Assembly (NCBI GenBank): GCA_965204345.1
Contig: OZ241981.1
Span: forward strand, 1,280,001 to 1,344,000
Length of the DNA: 64,000 nt
Direction of reading: 5' to 3'
Source of the DNA: Nitrosopumilus sp.
Lineage (GTDB): Archaea; Thermoproteota; Nitrososphaeria; Nitrososphaerales; Nitrosopumilaceae
The notes beneath the pieces are model-generated. The model searched no databases, was not told where the DNA came from, and saw nothing but the letters and a program-made list of their open reading frames with translations. Made by a program: the position numbers and the translations under genes. The number at the start of each line of letters is the position of its first letter. Within the stretch, counting starts at the first letter, position 1. Below, in pieces: positions 10,378-20,200 of the stretch.

Positions 10378-11340
10378 ATGGAACAAGAAGACCATCAACT
10401 GTTTTTGCCTCTTGTTGAAGAAGAAAATATCTGTCTTCCATTACCTGTCAATGTTGTATCAAAGTATTGGAATATTGATTTGCCTATGGCCAAAGCCGCA
10501 GAGATGTCAAAAAAATATTCCGGTTTTGATGGCAGTGTTTTAATTGAAGGAATAGAACTTGCAGAAAGACACGGACTGACATGCAAAATAGTCAACTCAT
10601 CTTTAGATGAATTAAAGACAATTATTGATTCTGGGATCCCTCCAATTGTAATCTTGCCAGGAATTCCTGAAATAACCCAACATGCATCTGTACTTACCGG
10701 TTATAATGATGAGGAGCGAACAATTCTTCATTATATTCAAAAGGGAAACCAGGAAGGCAAGCAACAAGAGGGTGCAATACCTCAAGACATCTTTGAAAAA
10801 GAATGGTCTGAAGAAGGAAAACTCTTAATAATTTTAGGCCCTTCTGATATCTTATCTTCCATAACTCTCAAAAATAACTCAACTGATAAACCAAATCGCT
10901 TATGCTTTATTTCCGAAAAGCAAAATATCCTAAAAAATTCCTCAGATGCACTTGAATCACTAAAACAAGCAATAGAACTTGATGCTAACAATCCAACAGC
11001 TCTTAATCTATTGGGCGCAATGCTGAATTTGCAAAATTCTCCTGACTGTACAAAATATTATGAAAGATGCTTAAAAGTCAATAACAGATCATATCTGACA
11101 TATAACGGTCTAGGAAATTTTTATCTTAAAACAAACCAATTTGAAAAGGCTGAAAATTATTACAGCAAGGCCATAAAAATCAATCCAAAAAGATCTGCCA
11201 AAATCTACAAAAACCGTGCTTATCTTAGAGAAAAACAAAACAAAAACTCTGATGCAAAAGATGACCTAAAAAATTATCTGAAATATCATCCAAAAGCGCC
11301 TGATAGGGGAATCATAGAACAGGCCATTAGAGAATTGTAA
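10378..11340 (+). CDS. Peptidase C39-like domain plus TPR repeat protein
   Basis: N-terminal ENICLP (Cys), LDELKTIIDSGIPPIV and QHASVLTGY (His); C-terminal TPRs (YNGLGNFY...AENYYSKAIKINP). Confidence 0.7.
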   Translation: MEQEDHQLFLPLVEEENICLPLPVNVVSKYWNIDLPMAKAAEMSKKYSGFDGSVLIEGIELAERHGLTCKIVNSSLDELKTIIDSGIPPIVILPGIPEITQHASVLTGYNDEERTILHYIQKGNQEGKQQEGAIPQDIFEKEWSEEGKLLIILGPSDILSSITLKNNSTDKPNRLCFISEKQNILKNSSDALESLKQAIELDANNPTALNLLGAMLNLQNSPDCTKYYERCLKVNNRSYLTYNGLGNFYLKTNQFEKAENYYSKAIKINPKRSAKIYKNRAYLREKQNKNSDAKDDLKNYLKYHPKAPDRGIIEQAIREL

Positions 11341-11414
11341 TGCGGAGTACGGGATTTGAACCCGTGACCTTCAGCTTGGGAAGCTGACGTCATACCAGCC
11401 TAAACTAACTCCGC
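11341..11414 (-). tRNA. tRNA-Gly(CCC)
   Basis: Minus strand GCGGAGT...TCAGC-TTCCCAA-GCTGA...GGTTCAAATCC...ACTCCGC-A cloverleaf, no intron. Confidence 0.95.
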
Positions 11415-11466
11415 CTAAAGCATATTTGTTAACTATGATTAAATATCTTAATTATTTAATCAAGGT

Positions 11467-11640
11467 ATGGACGCACGATGCCCCGAATGTGAACAAGTTG
11501 CGATCTTAGATGATGAGGTTACAAATGTCAAATGCCCACACTGTAAATTTGAAGCCGATTATGATACCTATCTTCAAATCATGAAAGACCAAGCAATCAA
11601 CATGTCCTCTGATTACATTCCAGATAGGCCCGGAATTTAA
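11467..11640 (+). CDS. 57-aa zinc-ribbon microprotein (CPEC...CPHC)
   Basis: Manual translation MDARCPECEQVAILDDEVTNVKCPHCKFEADYDTYLQIMKDQAINMSSDYIPDRPGI; below ORF-track cutoff. Confidence 0.8.
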   Translation: MDARCPECEQVAILDDEVTNVKCPHCKFEADYDTYLQIMKDQAINMSSDYIPDRPGI

Positions 11641-11763
11641 TTACCAGTAATTACCCTTGTCTGAACAGTCTAAATGAGATCCACAATTGGGGCAGAACAT
11701 GTGACATGCTTGCATATCTACCATTTTATTATCACATCTAGGACATTTGATTTCTTCTGGCAT
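11641..11763 (-). CDS. 40-aa CPxC/CPxCG zinc-finger microprotein
   Basis: Manual translation MPEEIKCPRCDNKMVDMQACHMFCPNCGSHLDCSDKGNYW. Confidence 0.75.
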   Translation of the reverse strand: MPEEIKCPRCDNKMVDMQACHMFCPNCGSHLDCSDKGNYW

Positions 11764-11838
11764 ATGCCTTCTATTGCCAATCTTGATTTAAAAATAATGT
11801 CCAAAGGTTAATTAGTCATTCATTTTTCTTCGTAATAC

Positions 11839-12240
11839 TTGGCAAATTTCAAGATTACAATATCTGATATCAAGGGGAAATCTATTTCCAAAGAGCTAAA
11901 AGATAGCGATGCCAATCCCTTGCTGGGACTGCAATTGGGAAATGAAACTGATGCGTCCATTGTAGGCCTAAGCGGAAAACTAAGACTCACTGGCGGAAGT
12001 GACAAGTCTGGCGTACCAATGAGAAATGATGTCCATGGTGCTGCAAGAAAACAAGTCTTACTTTCTAGAGGAGTTGGTTTACAGGATGCAGAAACTGGAC
12101 AAAGAAAAAGAAAGTTAATGCGTGGTAACACCGTATCTGAAGAAATCTATCAAGTAAATTGTAAATTCGATGGGGAACTACCAGTTGAAGCTCCCGCTGA
12201 AGATACAACAGAGGAAAAAACTAAAGGCAAAAAAGAATAA
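11839..12240 (+). CDS. rps6e: 30S ribosomal protein S6e
   Basis: LTGGSDKSGVPMR, GQRKRKLMRGN. Confidence 0.95.
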   Translation: MANFKITISDIKGKSISKELKDSDANPLLGLQLGNETDASIVGLSGKLRLTGGSDKSGVPMRNDVHGAARKQVLLSRGVGLQDAETGQRKRKLMRGNTVSEEIYQVNCKFDGELPVEAPAEDTTEEKTKGKKE

Positions 12241-12271
12241 CTTAACATATACCGATTCTATTTTCTGACTC

Positions 12272-13534
12272 ATGCATTGGAGAGAAACGCTTCCTGATTG
12301 GTACATTAAAAAATATGGCTATCAGCCATGCGTTAACATTGGCACTGCTGGTCATGTAGATCATGGAAAAACTACCCTTATTCAGGCATTAACTGGCTCA
12401 TGGACAAGTGTACACAGTCAAGAACTCAAACGTGGGATTACAATTCGTGTAGGCTATTCGGATGCAGCATTTTACAAGTGTAAAAAATGTGAAGAACCTC
12501 TAGGCTATTCAACAACTCCAAAGTGTAATAATTGTGGAGAAGAAAGTGAATTATCTAGAGTTGTAAGTTTTGTAGATAGCCCAGGACACGAAAGTCTTAT
12601 GGCAAATATGCTTTCAGGCTCTGCATTAATGGATGGCGCATTATTATTGGCCGCAGCAAATGAACAAGTTCCCAAGCCGCAAACAAAAGAGCATCTTTTA
12701 GCCCTTCAAACTCTTGGCATTACGCAAATAGTTATAGTCCAGAACAAAGTTGATTTGCTTTCTTACAAAGAGGCGCTTGCAAATTATCAAGATATTACAA
12801 AATTTGTTAAAGGAACGCATGCTGAAAAATCACCAATAGTCCCAATCTCTGCACAGTCTGGACTAAACATTGATGCATTAATTGGAGCAATTGAATCAGC
12901 AATAAAGACACCAGAAAGAGACGAAAAGGCAGATACAATCATGCATGTTTTACGTTCGTTTGATGTAAACAAACCTGGAATAAAATTAAAAGATATCAAA
13001 GGAGGAGTTATTGGCGGCAGTCTCACTCAGGGAGTCTTTAATGTTGGCGATGAAATTGAAATTAAGCCTGGAATAATCAATGAGAAAAAAAAATCGTATG
13101 AGCCATTACTTACAGAAATTACTTCTCTGGGAACTGCTGCAGGCATTGTTGAATCAGTAAAACCTGGCGGTTTAGTAGCCATAGGTACAAAATTAGATCC
13201 TTCCATGACTAGGAGTGATTCCCTTATTGGTTCCGTTATTGGCAAACCCGGAACGCTTCCTGAAAACTCTAAGATTTTAAAATTGGATGTGAATCTATTT
13301 GATTCAGCAGTTGGCATCACCGAAGATATTAAAGTCAAACCAATCCAGTCTGGAGAAGCACTTCGACTAAACATTGGAACTGCTCCCGTATTGGGCAAAG
13401 TCATCAAAATTAAGTCTAATTCAATTGAAGTTGAGCTTATAAGACCAGCTTGTATCTTTGATGGCGGTAATGTTGCAATAAGCAGGCGAATTGCTGAAAG
13501 ATGGAGACTCATTGGTGCAGGAATAGTTGGTTGA
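12272..13534 (+). CDS. eif2g: Translation initiation factor 2 gamma subunit
   Basis: NIGTAGHVDHGKTT, RGITIRVGY, Zn knuckle, DSPGHE, QNKVD, RWRLIG. Confidence 0.97.
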   Translation: MHWRETLPDWYIKKYGYQPCVNIGTAGHVDHGKTTLIQALTGSWTSVHSQELKRGITIRVGYSDAAFYKCKKCEEPLGYSTTPKCNNCGEESELSRVVSFVDSPGHESLMANMLSGSALMDGALLLAAANEQVPKPQTKEHLLALQTLGITQIVIVQNKVDLLSYKEALANYQDITKFVKGTHAEKSPIVPISAQSGLNIDALIGAIESAIKTPERDEKADTIMHVLRSFDVNKPGIKLKDIKGGVIGGSLTQGVFNVGDEIEIKPGIINEKKKSYEPLLTEITSLGTAAGIVESVKPGGLVAIGTKLDPSMTRSDSLIGSVIGKPGTLPENSKILKLDVNLFDSAVGITEDIKVKPIQSGEALRLNIGTAPVLGKVIKIKSNSIEVELIRPACIFDGGNVAISRRIAERWRLIGAGIVG

Positions 13535-13895
13535 AGTAATCTGTGACACAAATTTCCTCATTCATCTAGCTACTAGAAGAATCAAAAACATTGATAATTT
13601 AGATGTCGAAATTGGTCCTGTCACTTTTGTTGTACCACAGGTAGTAATAACTGAATTATCCGAACTTGTAAAAATTCCTGAAAAAATAAAAGACGTTGAA
13701 TTGACTCAAAATTATATAAAACATTTTAAGACAATTCCAATAGCAGGCACCTTTGCGGATAAAGAGCTGATTGACTATGTCTCAAAAAATAGAGTTATTG
13801 TTGCTACAATGGATAAGGAACTGAAAAAACGGATTAAAAACACTGGCAGTTCAATAATGTCTTTTTCAAATAACAGAATAGTTTTGGAATCTTAG
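13527..13895 (+). CDS. PIN-domain protein (Fcf1/Utp24-like)
   Basis: VICDTNFL, VITEL, FADKEL, VATMDKEL; conserved position after aIF2 gamma. Confidence 0.85.
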   Translation: MVEVICDTNFLIHLATRRIKNIDNLDVEIGPVTFVVPQVVITELSELVKIPEKIKDVELTQNYIKHFKTIPIAGTFADKELIDYVSKNRVIVATMDKELKKRIKNTGSSIMSFSNNRIVLES

Positions 13896-13930
13896 AAATC
13901 TTTAATTTCAAGTAATCATTAATTTTTGTG

Positions 13931-14383
13931 ATGAGTTTAATTTTAAAAAGTGATGCGTTTGAAAATGGAAAAGTAATACCTAAAAAATTTAGTTACAAGC
14001 ATGGCAATGCCAGTCCCCCCTTGATCATTGGCGGCATTCCTGAAAATACATCTTCGCTTGTCTTAATTATGGATGATCCTGATGCCATGGGAGCTGTTGG
14101 CAAGGTTTGGACACATTGGGTTTTGTGGAATATTGATCCTAGTACCACGGAGATAAAGGAAAATTTTATTCCACATGGTTCAATTGAAGGGGAAAATGAT
14201 TTTGGTGAAATTGGCTATGGTGGACCTGCTCCTCCTGATAAAGAACATACGTATATCTTCAAACTGTATGCATTAGATCAAAAATTAGAGGCTAATGCAG
14301 GCTCATCAAAGAATGAGATTGAAAAAATAATGGCTGATCATATAATTGAAGAAGCTATTCTTAAAGGCAGATATTCCCCGTAA
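13931..14383 (+). CDS. YbhB/YbcL (PEBP) family protein
   Basis: MDDPDA, WTHWVLWNI, GYGGPAPP, HTYIFKLYALD. Confidence 0.93.
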   Translation: MSLILKSDAFENGKVIPKKFSYKHGNASPPLIIGGIPENTSSLVLIMDDPDAMGAVGKVWTHWVLWNIDPSTTEIKENFIPHGSIEGENDFGEIGYGGPAPPDKEHTYIFKLYALDQKLEANAGSSKNEIEKIMADHIIEEAILKGRYSP

Positions 14384-14448
14384 TTTAAAATCATTTTCTT
14401 GCATTTTATACAAAGAGTAATAAGCAAAGTTTTTTTGAAAAATAATGA

Positions 14449-16587
14449 TTGTTATCAAATACAAAACTCGTTACTATAGGCAATTTTGATTTAAAACTAA
14501 ACCATCTTCTAATAATCGGAATTCTTGGTCTTTCTTTTACAGTTTCACTTCTTCTTCGTTCTCAACCTGCCGATTTTGGTTTCGAACTGCATGAGTTTGA
14601 TCCTTTTTTTAATTACAGAGCCACACAATATATTGTAGATAACGGAATTGGTGCGTATTTTGAGTGGAATGATGATCTAAGCTGGTATCCATCTGGCAGA
14701 GATGTCTCTAAATCCTCTCAGGTTGTTCTTCACTTAACGGCTGCTGCAACATACTTTATTTTTGGTGGCGGAATGGATCTTTATGACTTTACTATTTTGT
14801 TTCCGGTAATATTTGGCTCATTATCTGCAATTGTAATATTTGCTTTAGTTAGAGTTCTTGGCGGTACTACTGCAGGACTGTTTTCTGCGTTATTATTTTC
14901 AATTTCCATACCCATTTTAATTCGTAGTCCTATAGGATGGTTCAAATCAGAACCGTTGGGGCTGTTTTTAGGTCTTTTAACCATCTATTTACTTCTAAGC
15001 GGACTAAATTCAAACAATAAAAGAATTGCACTTGCTAAGCTAATCGGATCCGGAATCTTTACTGCATTGTCAATTTCCGCATGGGGTGGAAATCAATTTT
15101 TTATAATTCCAATAGGCATCTTCTTTCTTGCGCTGCCATTCTTAAGAAACGATCACAAATTCATTAGATGGGCTGTTCCTCTTTATACCATAACTACAAT
15201 TCTGACTTCTCTGGGATTTGAAAGGGTAAGTTCCAGTTTTATTTTTGCGTTAGGCGGAATATCACTAATTGCGTCTACCGCATTTCTAGTAATCTGTATT
15301 CTAATACAAAATAAGAGCTCTGCACACAAACAAAGAAATGGACTATTGTTTTTATTGGCTCTCCTAGTAATTGCCCCCGGCTTCTTGATAATTAACTCTG
15401 AGGCAAATCTTGTTTCGTCTGGTTCTCATAGATATCTAAATGCCTTAAATCCATTTTTAACCACAACAGATCCATTAGTTGACTCTGTCTCTGAGCATGC
15501 AACCACAACATTAGATCAATCATTCCTATTTCATTCGGTTTTGATGATTTTTTCAGGCATGGGTATCTGGTTAATCATTAAAAATGTTCAGAACAAAGAT
15601 TCTCTTTTTATGAAAAATGACATGCTGTCATTTTCATTGATTCTAGGAATTATTGGAGTTTATGTTAGTTCTACATTTGTTCGATTAGAAGTTTTTGCAT
15701 CCATATCTGTAATCATTTTGGCATCTTTGGGATTAACTGCACTTACCAAAGAATTTTTCAACAAGCCTGTTGGCACAAAAAAACCCATTGGTAAATTAAT
15801 TAAATTTCCTTACGTTGCAGGCATTATCATTCTTTTAGCGATACCATTAGTTTATCCAACAGGATCTGCAGTAACTGATGTCACTAATGCACCTCCCACA
15901 ATCTTGAATGGAGGTTCAGCTTATCCCATTGCTACAAATGACTGGTTGGAAACACTAGACTGGATAAAACACAATACTCCAAAAGATGCTGTTGTTGCAT
16001 CATGGTGGGATTATGGTTACTGGATTTCTACTATGAGCCAAAGAGCTACCTTGGCAGATAATTCAACCATTAGTACTGTTATTATCCAAAATATAGCAAA
16101 GATGTTACTCAGCAACCCTGATTCAGCATGGCATTCTCTTAACGAAATGCAAGCAGATTATGTGCTTGTTTTTGTTGTTGGTGAAAGATTGAACGTAGAT
16201 TCTGCTGAATCATTTTATAGTTTGCGCGGGGGTGGTGATGAATCTAAAAAACAATGGTTTATGAGAATTGCAGAATATGATTTGTCAAAATACCTACACT
16301 CAGATAACATAAGTGGAACTGATTATTTTTGGAATGAAACCTTACTTGGTAAAACGTTCCCATTTTCTTTGGTAGGGTATGTTAATCCCCGTGATTCAAG
16401 TTTACGATCCGATAGTTACGTTCCTGGAATGATTGGCGTGTATCAAAAAGATATCAAATTCCCCCCTGATGGTGATGGCCCATTTAGACTAGTTTATGCT
16501 TCTTCTAGTTTTACCGAAGAAAAAATTGGACCGATGCTTGGAGTTTTTGTTTATGAAGTAAACAAAGACTATAAGCCTACGCCATAA
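14449..16587 (+). CDS. aglB: Oligosaccharyltransferase AglB (STT3 family)
   Basis: EFDPFFNYR, multi-TM core, SVSEH, WWDYG motif. Confidence 0.93.
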   Translation: MLSNTKLVTIGNFDLKLNHLLIIGILGLSFTVSLLLRSQPADFGFELHEFDPFFNYRATQYIVDNGIGAYFEWNDDLSWYPSGRDVSKSSQVVLHLTAAATYFIFGGGMDLYDFTILFPVIFGSLSAIVIFALVRVLGGTTAGLFSALLFSISIPILIRSPIGWFKSEPLGLFLGLLTIYLLLSGLNSNNKRIALAKLIGSGIFTALSISAWGGNQFFIIPIGIFFLALPFLRNDHKFIRWAVPLYTITTILTSLGFERVSSSFIFALGGISLIASTAFLVICILIQNKSSAHKQRNGLLFLLALLVIAPGFLIINSEANLVSSGSHRYLNALNPFLTTTDPLVDSVSEHATTTLDQSFLFHSVLMIFSGMGIWLIIKNVQNKDSLFMKNDMLSFSLILGIIGVYVSSTFVRLEVFASISVIILASLGLTALTKEFFNKPVGTKKPIGKLIKFPYVAGIIILLAIPLVYPTGSAVTDVTNAPPTILNGGSAYPIATNDWLETLDWIKHNTPKDAVVASWWDYGYWISTMSQRATLADNSTISTVIIQNIAKMLLSNPDSAWHSLNEMQADYVLVFVVGERLNVDSAESFYSLRGGGDESKKQWFMRIAEYDLSKYLHSDNISGTDYFWNETLLGKTFPFSLVGYVNPRDSSLRSDSYVPGMIGVYQKDIKFPPDGDGPFRLVYASSSFTEEKIGPMLGVFVYEVNKDYKPTP

Positions 16588-16593
16588 TTTTTT

Positions 16594-16749
16594 CTAAGAA
16601 TATCTCTCTGCTAATCTATATCTCATGTATTTGTCATCGGGTGAAAATTTTGCTGGATGAACAGAAACAGTTTTCTCGCCACATTTAGGACACTTTTCTT
16701 TTAATGTATAATGGTTACATTTGGGGCATTTTCTTAATAAAAATCTCAT
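16594..16749 (-). CDS. nop10: H/ACA RNP protein Nop10
   Basis: Manual translation MRFLLRKCPKCNHYTLKEKCPKCGEKTVSVHPAKFSPDDKYMRYRLAERYS; follows aIF2 alpha as usual in archaea. Confidence 0.95.
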   Translation of the reverse strand: MRFLLRKCPKCNHYTLKEKCPKCGEKTVSVHPAKFSPDDKYMRYRLAERYS

Positions 16750-16750
16750 T

Positions 16751-17548
16751 TTAATTTTCCCTAGTCTTCTTTGAATCTTCCCTAGTAAATTTGAATGATC
16801 CTTTTTTCTTTTCTATGTTATTTTTAATCTCCTCGATAATTGGTTTTAATAATTTTTCAGCAGATTTAAAATCTTCTGAAGTGATTGAAAGTCTATATTT
16901 TGGCGCTCCTAAATAAGTAATATCCATAGCAGACTCTTTTTTGATAACATCAAGTAATGTCTTTTTAATTATTTCAACACCGTCTGATTTGTTATTTGTA
17001 ATTTCCATAATTCCCCTAATCTCAACTGATGGCAGTTTGATTTTTGAACAAATATCTTCAATTACTGTCAAAGTTTTTTTGCCAACTTTTAGATCCTTGA
17101 TGGAATCTATTCCATTTCTGCCAATTGAAATAAACGCATCATATACTGAATCAAACTTCGAATAGATGCTATCCTCTAATTTTCCAATTTCTTCATCTGA
17201 TAACTTTGCCTTTTCTTGGACATTTTGTAGTAGTGTCTTGCCTTTTTCAAATTTTTTAACTTCTTTTAGTTTTTGTTTCTTCTGATCTTTAGAGACCTGT
17301 TTTAAAGATAGATCAATGTCTCCTCGCTGGGTATTTACTTTTTTTACAAGCAATACTTTTTTTTCACCGTCCTTGACAAATCTATTAACTGATCTTATCC
17401 AACCCGGTGCAATCTCTGAAATATGCAAAAATCCCTGAATATCATCATATTCATCTAATGTGACATATGCGCCATGGTCCATCACTTTAGTAACAGTTAC
17501 AAGAACAATCTCGCCCTGTTCAGGCATTTCTTGGATTTCAGCAGACAT
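16751..17548 (-). CDS. eif2a: Translation initiation factor 2 alpha subunit
   Basis: S1 domain (GFLHISEIAPGWI, RGDIDLSLK), YLGAPKYR. Confidence 0.95.
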   Translation of the reverse strand: MSAEIQEMPEQGEIVLVTVTKVMDHGAYVTLDEYDDIQGFLHISEIAPGWIRSVNRFVKDGEKKVLLVKKVNTQRGDIDLSLKQVSKDQKKQKLKEVKKFEKGKTLLQNVQEKAKLSDEEIGKLEDSIYSKFDSVYDAFISIGRNGIDSIKDLKVGKKTLTVIEDICSKIKLPSVEIRGIMEITNNKSDGVEIIKKTLLDVIKKESAMDITYLGAPKYRLSITSEDFKSAEKLLKPIIEEIKNNIEKKKGSFKFTREDSKKTREN

Positions 17549-17589
17549 TTCTTCTAAAACTCTGTTATGCGTAAATTAATGTTTGCTGG

Positions 17590-18132
17590 TCAGAAATCGA
17601 TCCCTTTCTTTGCCTTAATACCCTTCTGAAACGGATGTTTTATTTCTCTCATTTCAGTTACTAGATCTGCAATTTCAATAATCTCATCCTTGGCATAATT
17701 ACCTGTCAGTACTAAATCAACCTCTTTTGGTTTTGATTTGATTATACTTAGAACATCACTGACTGAAATCAAATTCAGATTTACTGCATAGTTTATCTCA
17801 TCTAAAATAACAATATCGTATCTTCCCGATTGAATTTTTTCATTACTAATCCTGATTGCCTCTTTAGCTACTTGTTTATGATCCTCCCTTGAACTTTTGT
17901 CATCAATTATTCCAACAAATCCCTTTCCAACTGCAACCATTTCAAACTCTGGTTTGAGTCTTTTAGATGAATCCATCTCACCATAATGCCATGAACCTTT
18001 GATAAATTGAATCATGCAGGTTTTCTTTTCATATCCTGTTGCACGTAACGCAATCCCCAAAGCTGCAGTTGTTTTACCTTTACCTTTACCGGTATAAACA
18101 ATGGTTAATCCTTCTTTTTCCACAAATAACAT
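17590..18132 (-). CDS. cobO: Cob(I)yrinic acid a,c-diamide adenosyltransferase (CobO/BtuR type)
   Basis: YTGKGKGKTTAALG, QFIKG, ILDEI, KHPFQKG. Confidence 0.93.
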   Translation of the reverse strand: MLFVEKEGLTIVYTGKGKGKTTAALGIALRATGYEKKTCMIQFIKGSWHYGEMDSSKRLKPEFEMVAVGKGFVGIIDDKSSREDHKQVAKEAIRISNEKIQSGRYDIVILDEINYAVNLNLISVSDVLSIIKSKPKEVDLVLTGNYAKDEIIEIADLVTEMREIKHPFQKGIKAKKGIDF

Positions 18133-18205
18133 CCAATGGTTCTCACTAAAAACATTGAGGATTTTTAAAAATCTATCAATTTAAATAAAAAAAACAGCTC
18201 TACTC

Positions 18206-19570
18206 ATGCAATTGAGAATTCCCAGAATTGTAATTGCAAGTGCTACTAGCGGAGCAGGAAAGACATCAATTACCTGCTCAATCATTTATGGCCTACAAAA
18301 AAAGGGTTTTACTGTCCAACCATTTAAGGTTGGACCTGATTATATAGATCCGGGCTACCTGTCAAGTATTTCAAAACATGAAACATACAACTTGGATGCC
18401 TGGCTAATGGGCGAGAGTCAGCTCTTCAATAGCTTCCTTTCAAGTTCAAAATCTAACATCTCTATTATAGAGGGCGTCATGGGATATTATGACGGATTTG
18501 GAGGGGATTCAAACTATGCAAGCACCCATCATGTGGCAACGCTAACCAAATCCCATGTGATTTTGGTTCTAGATGCAAGTAAGACTTCACGTTCTATTGC
18601 CGCAACTGCCTTGGGTTTTTTAAAATTTCATAGAAACTCTCGCATATCTGGAATAATTCTCAACAAAATAGCAAGTAAGAAACACGAACTTTTGTGCAGA
18701 GATGCTCTGAAAAGAACCAAAATCCCGATTGTCGGCGTCATTCCAAAAAATCCCTTGCTGAGTATGCCATCTAGGCATCTGGGATTGGTTTCAACCTTGG
18801 AGGGCAAAGTTCTTAAAAAACAAGTCAAAAAAATATCTAAAATTATTTCAGAAAATATTGATATCAGTCAAGTTATAAAAATTGCAAAAAATTCTTCTGA
18901 TCTTCCTCGACAGTCCAAACCTGTACGCAAGAAAGCAAAAAAAGTCACCATCGCTGTTGCACTTGATACTTCGTTTAATTTCTACTATCAGGATAATCTA
19001 AAAGCATTACGCCGTGAGGGCGCAAATTTAAAATTTTTTAGTCCAACAAGGGATAAAAAAATTCCAAAATGTGACGGTCTTTACATCGGTGGCGGATTTC
19101 CCGAAGTTTTAGGCGGTTCTCTTGAAAAAAACCAAGTCATGAAAAAATCAATAAAAAAATTATCTGAGAGCAGCCTTCCCATTTATGCTGAGTGTGGAGG
19201 ATTAATGTACTTGACAAAATCCATTTCATCTGAAAATAAAAAATACAAAATGACTGGGATCTTTGACGCTGAAACGAAAATGACCAAGAAAATGAAATTA
19301 AACTATACAAGGGGCAGGATTATCTCAAAAAATCCAATTGCAGAAAAATTACACAGCTTTCAGGGACACGAGTTTCATTATTCCCGTCTGGATTCTGTTT
19401 CGTCGGATTCAAAGTTTGCATATGACTTGGAAATAGGTCAGGGAATCAAGAAGTATCAGGACGGACTAATTCAAGATAATACTCTGGCATCCTATGGTCA
19501 TTTGTATTTTGATAGTTCAGACTATGCAGAAATTTTTGTCAAAAACTGTGCAAAATTCTCAAGGCGATGA
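18206..19570 (+). CDS. cbiA: Cobyrinate a,c-diamide synthase
   Basis: SGAGKT, FKVGPDYIDP, IEGVMG, YAECGG, GHEFHYS. Confidence 0.95.
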   Translation: MQLRIPRIVIASATSGAGKTSITCSIIYGLQKKGFTVQPFKVGPDYIDPGYLSSISKHETYNLDAWLMGESQLFNSFLSSSKSNISIIEGVMGYYDGFGGDSNYASTHHVATLTKSHVILVLDASKTSRSIAATALGFLKFHRNSRISGIILNKIASKKHELLCRDALKRTKIPIVGVIPKNPLLSMPSRHLGLVSTLEGKVLKKQVKKISKIISENIDISQVIKIAKNSSDLPRQSKPVRKKAKKVTIAVALDTSFNFYYQDNLKALRREGANLKFFSPTRDKKIPKCDGLYIGGGFPEVLGGSLEKNQVMKKSIKKLSESSLPIYAECGGLMYLTKSISSENKKYKMTGIFDAETKMTKKMKLNYTRGRIISKNPIAEKLHSFQGHEFHYSRLDSVSSDSKFAYDLEIGQGIKKYQDGLIQDNTLASYGHLYFDSSDYAEIFVKNCAKFSRR

Positions 19571-20200
19571 TTCTGCCCTGATAAGCTTGAAAATTGCATT
19601 AATTGCAGCAGAAACTGTAGAACTTCCTCCCTTTCTGCCAATATTTGTGATAAATGGGGTTTCTTTTAGACTTGCCAACTCTTCTTTTGATTCAGCAGCA
19701 CAAATGAATCCAACTGGGATTCCAATTATTAAGGCAGGTTTTACTATGCCTTCTTTGACCATCTGAACTACTTCCTGAAGAGCAGTAGGGGCATTACCTA
19801 TTGCCACAACACCTCCGTCAATATCTGAAACTGCCGCTCTCATAGATACTTGAGAGCGTGTCTTGCCTTCTTTTTTTGCCAATTCCATGACTTTTGGTTT
19901 TGAAATATTACAAATTACATCATTTCCAAAATCCTTTGGATTCTGCTTGTTCATTCCTCCAATTACTCCATTAACATCAACTACTATGCTACAACCGTTT
20001 TTCAAAGCTTCCATACCGCTCTTGATTGCATCTTTGTGAAAGATTAACTTATTTTTATTTGCAAAATCAAAATCTGCCGTTGAATGAATAATTCTCCTAA
20101 CGACAGGCCATTCTTTTTCATTGAACTGATGTAATCCTATCTCATCTTCAATCATCTGTATACTTGCGTCTTCAATTGATTGACCTTTCCTAGTTTGCAT
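19559..20200 (-). CDS. cbiC: Precorrin-8X/cobalt-precorrin-8 methylmutase
   Basis: RRIIHSTAD, IGNAPTAL, GIPVGF, GRKGGS. Confidence 0.95.
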   Translation of the reverse strand: MQTRKGQSIEDASIQMIEDEIGLHQFNEKEWPVVRRIIHSTADFDFANKNKLIFHKDAIKSGMEALKNGCSIVVDVNGVIGGMNKQNPKDFGNDVICNISKPKVMELAKKEGKTRSQVSMRAAVSDIDGGVVAIGNAPTALQEVVQMVKEGIVKPALIIGIPVGFICAAESKEELASLKETPFITNIGRKGGSSTVSAAINAIFKLIRAESSP

